Shown in pieces: positions 53,539 to 64,000 of a stretch of 64,000 nucleotides of DNA. The translations under genes were made by a program, and so were the position numbers. The number at the start of each line of letters is the position of its first letter. Position 1 is the stretch's first letter. The DNA is taken from contig MU626289.1 of NCBI GenBank assembly GCA_025603075.1, forward strand, positions 62,001 through 126,000, in the 5' to 3' direction. A model generated the notes under the pieces. It searched no databases. It was given only the letters and a program-made list of their open reading frames with translations, and had not been told where the DNA came from. The stretch comes from Neoconidiobolus thromboides FSU 785. Taxonomy: Eukaryota > Fungi > Entomophthoromycota.

Positions 53539-54692
53539 ATGTTAAAAAGCTCGAATTTAACTAAAGTCTATTCAACAATGACTACTAAGAATCTGATAAT
53601 AAATTATGTCAATTATCAGAGCAATAAATTAGTACTAAAAGAAAGCACCCTAACACCAAACGAGTTTTATAAAGTAGAGCCAAATGGTGTATATACTGGA
53701 TGCAGAACTGTGAATCATAAAAAAGTATTAGAATATGAAGCACATTGCAGTAGGTTAACTCAAGGATTTAGTAAAAAAGGGAATGAAATAGATAAGGAAG
53801 AATTAAAGTCAAAACTTAATCATTTAACTAAAGTTGGATTACTATCTTATTATAACTATTTAAATACTGGTTTGCCAGAATTAGTAGAGGATAATAGAGG
53901 TGGTCTAGACAGCCTCTTTCCACAGTTTGAAGCTAAATTATCTTATTTAATTTACTCAAATGAAGATTCAGCTTACTTAAAACTTCACTTATCTTCGCTT
54001 AATGTACCTACTGAATCTAGTTGTAAAGTAATAGTATTTTATTTATTTATTGTACAAATTAAAAAATTTGTAGGTAGAATTAATTAACTTAAAACGTAAT
54101 AATCCAACAATTAAGGATACTATATGGGTGGGGTAAGTAAGTGTTCACTATTTTTAAAAAAGATGCTTATGAGTTATTTAGACAAAGAGATCATGCTGAA
54201 AAAAGCAAAAGCAAAGATAGCAATGAAGTACTGTTAGTAGAATCAAATGGAGAAGTATTAGAAGGCTTGTCTTCTAATTTCTTTGTTTTAAAAGAAGAAA
54301 ATGGTCAATTTAAATTATTAACCGCTCCTTATAATAGAGTATTAAAGGGGACGATTCAAAGTATAGTCATTGATTTGGCTAAACAAATGAACATTGAAAC
54401 AGAGTTTGTAGCTCCAAGCTTAAATGAACTTTGCAGTCAAAGTTACTCAGCTGCTTTTATTACAAGTAATTTATGTTGACTTTTTTGTTTATTACTTATT
54501 CTTTTTTTTAATGAAGGTACTTCCCGATTATTGTTACCAATCCGTACTATTAAATTTAGAGAGGATAGCTTGACGGAATATCGAGCTAAATTTGATACTG
54601 AAATCAAATTAAATCCAGAACATTCAATTATAATTAAGTTACGTAATAGTCTTTTGGAGAAAATCGATTTGAATTCTACTTCAATCATTTGA
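53539..54692 (+). CDS. Class IV PLP-dependent aminotransferase / aminodeoxychorismate-lyase-like enzyme, 4 exons
   Basis: GVYTGCRT, AHCSRL, RNNPTIKDT (PLP lysine candidate), EVLEGLSSNFF, VLKGTI, AFITS|TSRLLLPI; phase-consistent introns; stop at 54690-54692. Confidence 0.85.
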
Positions 54693-54755
54693 ATAAATTA
54701 TATTTATATGACATAATATAATATATATTATATACAACCTTTATTAATTTAAAAT

Positions 54756-56745
54756 TCAATTTAAAGCTTTAATAATGTTATCAAAAAAAGCGTCTGATTT
54801 TACTTTAAAATCCGGTTGTACAATATTTAATAAGAAATAATTATCTTTTAAATCATTGATCAAGTTGAAGGATTCCCTATTACTTTTTTGGAATAAATTA
54901 CTCCACTCATTGCTAATTTGAAATACTTCTTTTGCCCATGCTTTGAATGAAGATACTTCAATTAAAGTTGCTTGTGCTATCTCCCCATGTGGAAATACCC
55001 CCCATGTTACGGTGTTAGCTTCATATTCTTCACCATCTTTATTCTTATTACTTAAGAAATGGCCCTAATTAAAGAGTTAATTATAAACTATATGTTGTAT
55101 TAAAACCTACTTCGGAATCAATCGCCATATAAGTGATATTTGGATCTAGAGCTATCATTTTAGCTAAAAAGGCGTTGATCTTTGCTTTGGATATTAAGAC
55201 TTCAATAAATGCCTACAGATATATAATATAAACAAAAGTACTGAAATAAATCCCAAAATATAAAATTACCTTTTGAAAGATAAAGCCATTTTTGGGTCCC
55301 CAGCCATAGATAGGATGATTTGATTTAATACCATCTAGGGAAGGTTGAGAAGCCAAAGTGAAGGAAAGATTTTGATTGATTTTAATCAAATGATTTTTAA
55401 TTAATTCAGATTCTGGGTCCAAATCTCCAGTTTCACACCATGGTAATTCACTTAACTTGCCATTTAAAAAGGCAATAAACAATGCGCTTATCTCTTCTTT
55501 ACTTTTTGGGTGCCCCCATAATTCAAGTGCTTTACCTGGACTTATTTTTAATCCATTTCTATATCCTTCTAAATTACCATATGCTATATTGTTTGTTATT
55601 TATGTTATTTATATTGCTTTAATATATCATTTACCTGGAGATGAAGCATCTCCGAATCTACCATTTGGAAAGTTATCCCACCCTTCAATCGTGTTTAATA
55701 AAGTTTGATTTTCAATAGTAAAATTATTGTTATTATCCTTGATCCATTTCAATCTATTTAGTACTTCATGAACTGATTTTTCTAAGTTCATTGTAAAGAA
55801 ATGAATACAATGAATTTGATTATTATTACTGTCACTGTTATTGTTTAATATATTTTTGATTAATTTAATTGCTAAGTTAATTCCATATTCCTTAATTAGT
55901 AAATCATCATGTTTAATTTCTTCTAACTCAACTAATATCTCTTTTGGTATTTTAATTCCAGTTAAATTTATTAATCTCCTAAATGAAATATAACTTTGTA
56001 TTACTAATATACTAGGTATAATATCAATCCTAAGTCCATTTTTTTCGATTTCATTATACCAATTATCATACTCCTCGTTAGAAAGAAAAAACTGAGTCAA
56101 AACAAAATCGGCTCCTGATTCAACCTTTTGTTTTAAATACTTGATATCTTCTTCCAACCCTTGACTTTCTGGGTGTGAAGACGGATAACCTAAATAATTA
56201 CTTTAATCGCCTATATTTTAGATATTCTATTTTTATTACCTGTTACTCCAACATTAAACTGATTCTTAAACTCACTTTTAATCAGCTTGATTAAATCAAT
56301 AACTGTTTCAAGTCTGTCTTCCTTATCCTCATCATTCAAAAATAAGCTTTCGTTGCTGGAGTCACCTCTTAATGCTAATATGTTTTCGATGCCGAGTTCT
56401 TTTGCTTTTTGTAAATAACCTAACACTTCTTTTTTACTTGTATTCGTAGCTGTAATATGTAACAATACATCTAAACCCAAGTCATTTTGTATCGTATTTG
56501 CCAACTCAAGACTCTTATCATTAGTGCTTCCTCCTGCTCCCCATGTTACACTATTAAATATTGGACCTAATTCTTGTAATCTTGCTATTCTTAAATCTAA
56601 GTTTTTTTTACCCTGTTTTTTAGTTTTAATAAAATCAATGATAAATTAATGGTACTACCTCTGACGTTTTTGGAGGAAAAAATTCAAATGAAAATGAAGG
56701 TTTTTTACTGTTCTTATTGTATTTTAATAAATCGACAATTTTCAT
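54756..56745 (-). CDS. MTHFR: Methylenetetrahydrofolate reductase, eukaryotic two-domain type, probably MET12-like
   Basis: FSFEFFPPKT, SVTWGAGGST, LLHITAT, NILALRGD, GYPSHPE, KVESGADFVLTQFF, HFFTMNLE; regulatory domain WDNFPNGRFGDASSP, SQPSLDG...GWGPKNGFIFQK, NTVTWGVFP. Confidence 0.93.
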
Positions 56746-58648
56746 CCTTGGTAGTCTGTTAAGAATAGTATTTTGAATATTACTTTTTTTTTAATTTACT
56801 ATTAATTTAATTTTTAACCAATTTAAATTTTGATCAAATAGCTTCTTCTTTACTCCTTTAGTTATGATATCATTGGTGAGTTTCTCTTTTATTCTTCTTA
56901 ATAAATTTAGGTGAGAAAATTTTTATTTTTTTCAACACTTTAAATTTTAAGATCACCACTGGTTTTAGAAGTTGGCTATTATTTTTAATTAAACTATCAT
57001 TTTTCAAAAGTGTAAAGCTTTTAGCAATAATGATAAAAGGAAGCTCTATGTAAAAGTCTTGCCATTTGGATCATTTTCAGGTTAAAATATTATGAGAAAA
57101 ACCTTTTTGTATTGATTGACATTTAAAATAAACAAACAAACTCCATGTTATAAAACGTTGCTCAATTTTTGTGCCTAATATAAATAAAGAATTAGCTTTA
57201 TTTGGCAAATACTATTCTAGTTTATTGTATTTTTATGTTGTGTAATATGTTAAAATCTCAATTTATTACTTTATAAATATACTGCATGTTTATTTTTAGA
57301 TTTTGTTTGAGTATTTTTTATTAATATAATAAACTGTTCAATAGTTTTAAAAATAGAGTCTACTTTTATTAAGCCTAAATTACATAAAATCAAAAAGGCT
57401 TTTGAGTAAAAATAAACCTTATATTGTTGAAAATTGTTACTAAATTCTCCTACCTCAAGAAATCTTTAAGCATCTAAAGCATAGAAAGTGTAAGATTCTA
57501 AATAGATAATTGCTAAGCCCTCATAGATTTACGGATACTATCTTTTTCACTAGATAAGAGTAGCTTAAATTGTTTTAAATAGGGGTTCAAACTAAAGTCT
57601 CTAGCCAAGAGGCTGGTAACAGAAATATTACTTTTAGAGGTAAACTATTATTTTATCCTAACTCATTTTTGTAGTTTATAAAAGTAAAATAATTTTTTTG
57701 AAAAATAGGGATAACCAGATTGATTTTTAATTTATTTTTTTGTATTAAAACAGTTTCATTTCAAATAGAAACATCAAATAAATCAAATTTAATACCCTCC
57801 ATTTCTTCTTGAATTTAGCTTAAAATCCAAAACTTTTGTTTATCAACTTTGTAAAAATTGTCTTGTGTGAAAATATCTATTTGATATTCTTCACTATTAT
57901 TCTATTCACTAAGTTGTTCTAAATGCAAACCAGTATTCTTTACAATTAAATCGTAGCTTGAATTTTATGTTAAAATGACAAATTTATATATCATATAATA
58001 AATAACCACATATAATGAAGTTTTTGCTTATATATTTTATACAATAAGCAAATAATATAACCAGACATAGAATTTCATACTAAGACAACAGCTTGTCAAT
58101 ATTTTAAATTACTACTTTAAGTAAACTGTAACAAACCTTAGTATACGGAAATTAACAAAAAAGATCAACTAAATCTAGATTAAAATAAAGTTAACTTAAT
58201 CTAAGCATTTATGCCATAATCTCTTAGATCAATAATAAAAAAGAGCCTTTAATAAACGATTTAAATAAAGTAATTAGCAGTTAATAAATGATAATAAATT
58301 AAAATCAACGCCATTATATTTGTTATAACTTTATTGATGATTGATAAGCTTACTCAATTTAATTGGTAGATTGTTATCTAAATTACTTTGATGCTCAGTT
58401 TTTCAATAAATTTTAAGACATATCAACTAAGCAACTTTAATATCTAAAATATTACAGACTTATGAATTTGAAAGAAAAATTATATTATACTTATTTATTA
58501 AAAAGATAATAAAGAGAAGAAATATAATAACAACCGGCACTAAAGATAGTTATTGAAAAAAGGTAAAAGAAAAACAACAACTAATAATACAATGAGATTT
58601 GAATTAGAAACAACCAAGAGTTAGTAGAACGAACACACATCAAACAAA

Positions 58649-59140
58649 TTAATTCAATTCCCCAATGATATACAAACCTTCTGAATTCTCCGTCATGAAG
58701 CTACAAATGTCTTCTTTAGTAATCCAAATTTCATAATCAATTAATGTGAGAAATTCGAATTCCATATTATTTATGTCTCTTATTGAATATATCTTAGAGG
58801 CCTTAGATACTGCTCTGTTATTATATGGCTCAGTTGTGTATTTACAAGCAAGTAATAGAGAAGCTGTGAAAATTCGATGAATTGTATCCGAAGTTCCTTT
58901 AGCATCACTTGGTAATCTGTTTTTTAAACGTTCACAATAAATTAAACAAATGACTGCTGTAAGTTTTTTAATTTGAATCTCAGCTAACAACGTATCGATG
59001 TATAGCATAAATTCAGGTACTCTTGTACGATTTATCATATCTTTGATTGGGACATAAATCGCACCGTTTACAAGTTCAGCTACATATGAGTTGTAGTTTG
59101 GAAATGGTTGATAGATTGGTTGTTCATATAAGTATACCAT
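58649..59140 (-). CDS. Minimal Pho85-type cyclin (Pcl1/2-like), 163 aa, intronless
   Basis: ICLIYCERLKNRLPSDAKGTSDTIHRIFTASLLLACKY...INNMEFEFLTLIDYEIWI. Confidence 0.85.
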   Translation of the reverse strand: MVYLYEQPIYQPFPNYNSYVAELVNGAIYVPIKDMINRTRVPEFMLYIDTLLAEIQIKKLTAVICLIYCERLKNRLPSDAKGTSDTIHRIFTASLLLACKYTTEPYNNRAVSKASKIYSIRDINNMEFEFLTLIDYEIWITKEDICSFMTENSEGLYIIGELN

Positions 59141-59488
59141 TGTTAAATGTAATATGAATCAAAAAATAAATAATGAATTGAAGTTGGAAATAATAGTTAA
59201 AAAATCAGAATGAAATAAAATAAATTGAATAAATTTGATCTTGATTCTGTTTTCCTTATATACCTTTTTTTCCTGTGTAGTACATATTCCTCACATGAAA
59301 GATAAAGGTTTTAACAGCTTAAAATTCAGTGTAATCCAATTAGAATTTAGGCCTTATTAAAAAGACTATTTTTATCAATTTGTACCCAAAAATGGGAGTT
59401 GAATCATGAATTAACAGCATAAAATTGGGAAATTTTATTAATTTAGTTTGGGGGCTTATTACGTGGGGTGGATAAAATAAATTAAGAT

Positions 59489-59537
59489 TGATTGGCTAAT
59501 AAAAGTGGTTTAATTGTTTATACTCAACCGTGATTGG
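59489..59537 (-). promoter_or_regulatory. Two CCAATCA boxes upstream of the Pcl1/2-like cyclin
   Basis: TGATTGG at 59489-59495 and 59531-59537. Confidence 0.45.
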
Positions 59538-61190
59538 TCTTATTCTCAGGTTGACAGATTTTTTTGATTTTACCTCTATTCATTAACACAATAGTTGTTT
59601 TGGTGTTTTATTAAAATAAGTAAATATTATTTGGAATTAAATAAAATATTTTATTTGATTATTTTGATTAACTAAAAAGATTAAAAAGGAGGGGGTTTGA
59701 TTCTTCATTTAAATTTCTACTATAAAAAACTAAATTTCTAAATCACAATAGTAATGATTGCGCATAATAGCTACAGATTAAAATTGAATTAAAAGGCAAT
59801 AAAGATAATAATCACGGTTATTAACCAGGTCACACTTAATATTTATGTTATAAATTACATTTAACAATTACCCATCTTATTCTTTTATCAGCATCATGAG
59901 TTTACAATTCAAGCTTCATTTATGAGTTTCATATTGTTTCCATCAGTTTGTAAAAAATATCTTATTTATACAAAGCAAATCATAAGATTATGATTGTAGT
60001 GCAAGTTTTAAGATAAATTAAATAAATTATAAAATAAGTTATAAAAAAAACACTATTATGAAGAATTATATAATCTATTAAATAAAATGATTAATCCTAC
60101 ATTCATTCTTATAGTAATATTCGTTATTTATTATAAAAAAAGCTACTTTAATTTTAGTTTAAATAAACTTTTGAAATGTTTTAATCTCAACTATTTAAAT
60201 AGTGTTAGTTTGATGAATTTTATATTATGAATTATTGTTATGTGTATATTAAATTATAATTTGTGCTTTGAATAAAGTTATTTAAATCTCTCTTATTTTT
60301 GTTTTATTATTTTTACTTCCTATTATTATTTTCAATTAATGAAGATTGCTTATTAATATATTGACATTGATTTGTGAAGTGCTTTTACTTTTATTTAAAT
60401 AAAAGTATATATTATTTATATAGAAACAATTCTTTTATAGTAATGATTATTATCAATGTAATATAATCTTGATGCAGTAATTATTTATCATATTATTATA
60501 TTTTATAGATTGTCATGAGATAATATAATAACTGGCTCAATCATTAAAGCGAGGTAATGGTTTTTAAAATTTAGAGCTTGACTTACTTTATGTAGAAGAG
60601 TCCATTATTTATTTTATTACTTATTTAATAAATAATAGTCAAATTAAACTTTATATCAAAAAAGTGTAATTTATAATCAATTAATAGTTACTTTGCCCAT
60701 TTCAATTATTAAGCTTATTTTAAACTGTATTGGTCTCTACTCCTCATAAAAGGCCTCTTTTACTCGTTGAAATCTAATTAATTTTTTTATCAGACCACAT
60801 ATTAAAGAAGTGGGAAATACTTAATTTCCTGCTATATTCTTTAATTATCTAAAGTCATGTAGAAATTAGTGACCCTTCCAATAACTTTCCTTTTTTTATT
60901 TTACCTCTCTAAATAAAGTCAAATAAAGGGTTATAATTTTTGGATCTGATGCCTTTAATATGGGCAAATAATAGCTGAGTTTAAAAATTAAACAAATATA
61001 ACTTTCAATAACAGCAACTTAAATACTGACAGGAAAAACTGCCTACAAAATAAAAATTAATAATTTATATTTAATTTTACTCTCTTTCATTTTACGATTT
61101 ATGTTAATAAATAAATAAATAATCTAAATTTAGGTATTAGCTTTTATTAAATAATTGTGATATTGAAGCTAATATTTCAAAATAAAGTAT

Positions 61191-61288
61191 GGGAATGTCT
61201 TTTTTGACTTCATTATTTTTTCCATTTTTTAAGTGCTATTTAAGTGGAAAATTTGTTAGTAAGATTCTTAAATACAAAACACATCCCC
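61191..61288 (+). mobile_element. ~99-bp MITE family copy
   Basis: GTAT-GGGAATG...AAGTGCTATTTAAGTGGAAAATTTGTTAGTAAGATTCTTAAATACAAAACA-CATCCCC-ATAT. Confidence 0.88.
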
Positions 61289-61397
61289 ATATATAGAATA
61301 TAATGCTAACTTAATTTAATAATAGAACTAACTTCTCAAGAGTTAAAAATAAGTCATATAACTAAAAATAACGTCAATATCAAATTAAATTAAATTC

Positions 61398-61555
61398 GCT
61401 ATAGATTAATAGAGATCTTAGGTAGCTACTTCTAAAAGTTGATTTATTTAGTAAAATACGAAAATGGATTTAATTAATCTAGTAAAAATTTCGTCGTATT
61501 TTACTAAATAAATCAACTTTTAGGAGTAACTACCAGAGACCTCTACTAGTGTAGC
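61398..61555. repeat. Long hairpin / foldback element
   Basis: Perfect 29-bp stem, 61432-61460 with 61495-61523, extended by imperfect pairing to arms of about 60 bp. Confidence 0.85.
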
Positions 61556-62679
61556 AATAGTGATAAAATGAGTTTAGATAAAAGCGTGAAGAATAAGATA
61601 TAGAAGCCTTATAATAGCTACAAAACAGAAAAACATAATTAATAGTGTTATTTACTGTTTAATCTAAGACTCTGCCTTTCATTTTGTCTTTATATCTGAG
61701 TTTTTACTTTAGATATTTTTAATTAATATAGAATTAAAAGATACTTTTAAAAAGATAATCTAAACTTCTTTATTCTAATTTATTATACTGAGCTTCAGTT
61801 ATTCGATAATCTAAATAACACTTATTTTAAATTTAAGGTGGCTTACAGTTCCATTAGTTGTTTTAAAAATATTCGTTAATAAACTGACTTGGGAGCTTAT
61901 CCATTTCAAGAACATAAAAAGCAATGACTTAAGAATCTATTTAATAAATTGATGACATCGATTAAAATCTATGTGTAGCTACAGGTCTTTTATAAAATCT
62001 CAGAATTATAAATAAGACTAAAAACTAGTATTGACCCTGTAATAAATAAAAGCTGATTTAAAATGGTACTAATAAAACTTGATTCTAAAGGTCAGTTTAA
62101 TGAATGAGACAATAGTTATACCTATTTTTTAAATAGCATGTACAATCTTCGGTAAATTTTAAATAAAATAGAATTCTTCCATTAATTCAACTAATTGATA
62201 ATCTTTTTAAAGGCGGTTTTGTTACAAGTTAAAATAATGAAAAGTAAAAACAAAGTGAGATCAAACTTTCCTACTTTTATTCTAAACATAAAGTTATTTA
62301 AAATAAAAATAAAGAGAATAAACAATTAAAACAGGCCAAAATAAATATCTAAGTCAACTTTTTAATTCAATAGCTCACTTATAGAAAACAAAATAAAAGT
62401 TGATTGAGGTTGTCAACTTTTTAACAAATTATTTAACTATTCTTTATATATAAGGTATACTATTGACTGTCAAATCAATCAATTAAAATCGATAAAAAAG
62501 TGGATTCCTGATAAAATAAGTTGCAAATAAAAAAAGGTAAAAAAATGGACGGGATTGATTGAATAATTTTTCGTGGGATTTTATTATTTCTTTAGCAGAT
62601 TTTACTAAAAAACAAGATAGTTTTAAACTAGTAATTAAAGTAGAATAAATTAAATTTTATTTGATGGATAAAAAGAAAA

Positions 62680-63798
62680 TTAGGCCCAAATCCCGATGAT
62701 GGCCATCGAGGCAACTCCGAGGTAAAGAGCAATGAAACACAAAATTTTAGCAACTTTGGATTTTAAAACAAATTCCGATTTGGTAGAAATTTCTCTTGCA
62801 ATCAATTCTACCAAAGCGGTGTAAATTAAAATACCAGCAGAAATCGCATCGAATACACCTTGAATAACTAAAGCAGTTGGCGAAGTATCGGAATAAGAGG
62901 TATGAATTAAGATTCCAATAGCAACTCCAATAGATGCAGTTATTGAGAAAGACAACACCATAAATATAGGCTTCAAGACAGTATTAAAATTTAAATCGGA
63001 GATACGAGCACCTAAGCCAATTCCTTCAAAAAATTGATGGAATACAATAGCTACTAATAAAGTAACCCATTGTGTCCCAGAAGTTACACCTAAAGAGATA
63101 CCAATAAAGATAGAGTGGGATAATATTCCTAATTCTAATATGTAAGTGGTTATTCTTGTTTCAAGCGAATCACTGCAATGCATTGCACAGCCGTGCTCCT
63201 CTTCGCCTATTAAGTCACTCCCCTTTACTACTTCTTCAATTTTATCTCTATTAAAATGAGCTAATAGTAAATACTCTAAAAGGTGAAGGACCAAGGCAGC
63301 AATCATTGCAATTAAAGTAGGGAAAGCACTATAAGTTTTAAATATTTTTGGGGCACACTCATGGGATAAATTATAAACGGAGGACATTAGCATGTGAATA
63401 AACCCAGTTGACAAAATTACTCCAGACCCAAAATGACGCCCAATATCAATGATTATGGTTGGTATTTTGATAAAACTTTGGCGTTTACTAATTGCTGTCA
63501 TAGAGCACCCAACGAAACTCGCTACTGCTAATACTACTGCACCAATGATGTGTAAACCAAGGTCATACTCTCTCAGTACAGTTATTTCACCACATACGCT
63601 TTCATGTTCATGCTCATGTTCATGTTCATGTTCATCCTCAGCATGACTATGGTCCCCGTGTCTACGCTTTATATTAACAACATGGTTTCGTGGTATTTCA
63701 ATTGAACCACTCTCTCCTAAGCTGGACGATAATTGATTTAAAGATTCAGATAAAGCCAAGACACCAAATAAAGTGAGAATAAAGATGAAAAATTTCAT
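62680..63798 (-). CDS. ZRT1: ZIP-family zinc/iron transporter (Zrt1-like), 372 aa, intronless
   Basis: Signal peptide, His/Glu-rich ectodomain (HGDHSHAEDEHEHEHEHEHE), RHFGSGVILSTGFIHML, LELGILSHSIFIGISLG, FHQFFEGIGLG, DAISAGILIYTALVEL, terminal IGIWA. Confidence 0.95.
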   Translation of the reverse strand: MKFFIFILTLFGVLALSESLNQLSSSLGESGSIEIPRNHVVNIKRRHGDHSHAEDEHEHEHEHEHESVCGEITVLREYDLGLHIIGAVVLAVASFVGCSMTAISKRQSFIKIPTIIIDIGRHFGSGVILSTGFIHMLMSSVYNLSHECAPKIFKTYSAFPTLIAMIAALVLHLLEYLLLAHFNRDKIEEVVKGSDLIGEEEHGCAMHCSDSLETRITTYILELGILSHSIFIGISLGVTSGTQWVTLLVAIVFHQFFEGIGLGARISDLNFNTVLKPIFMVLSFSITASIGVAIGILIHTSYSDTSPTALVIQGVFDAISAGILIYTALVELIAREISTKSEFVLKSKVAKILCFIALYLGVASMAIIGIWA

Positions 63799-64000
63799 AT
63801 CGAAATAATTATAAAAAGAAAAACTTTTGAAATTGATGGGTTGTAATTTCTCTCCTTTTATACCATTTTTTAAATTTAATTGATTATTAATTTATTCTTA
63901 GAAGCTAATTTTATTCTATAGATAAATGTGACCATAGATTTTATTATTTTAAGAAATTGTCAATACTTTGTGCTAAGGCTAGAATTTTCTTAGTAATCAG

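Noticed and set aside
60690-60970. TTGCCCAT...ATGGGCAA inverted ends about 270 bp apart
   Set aside because: Only about 8-11 bp match, with no second full copy or TSD found.

Overview
Eukaryotic, very AT-rich fungal genomic DNA with many very short (about 40-90 nt) GT-AG introns. The class IV chitin synthase, Pho85-type cyclins, ZIP transporter and compact intron style fit an early-diverging fungus (Zoopagomycota/Mucoromycota-like); the species cannot be determined from the sequence alone. About 23 protein-coding genes can be supported: HRD3/SEL1, a 106-aa orphan helical protein, SMC5, a GPI-type DUF7137-like protein, chitin synthase, a mitochondrial PPR-like protein, NT5DC, DAP1-like, REX1B-like, UTP6, two paralogous truncated transcription-factor-like ORFs, a 4-TM orphan, two Pcl-type cyclins, PRP6, CCDC25, a TOPORS-like RING E3, a WW/FF protein, a small secreted 6-Cys peptide, a class IV aminotransferase, MTHFR and a ZRT1-like transporter. 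Several spliced genes (DAP1-like, REX1B-like, the full 106-aa orphan) are absent or incomplete in the ORF track and were assembled by hand. The intergenic DNA carries a layered mobile-element system. A ~99-bp non-autonomous element with GGGRRTG/CATCCCC termini occurs 14 times, once nested in itself. Seven of these copies sit inside an older ~1.3-kb repeat present twice in inverted orientation, so each host copy supplies empty-site controls for insertions in the other. Two long-arm foldback elements are also present. No rRNA, tRNA or CRISPR array was found. All family assignments come from motif recall, not from database searches.
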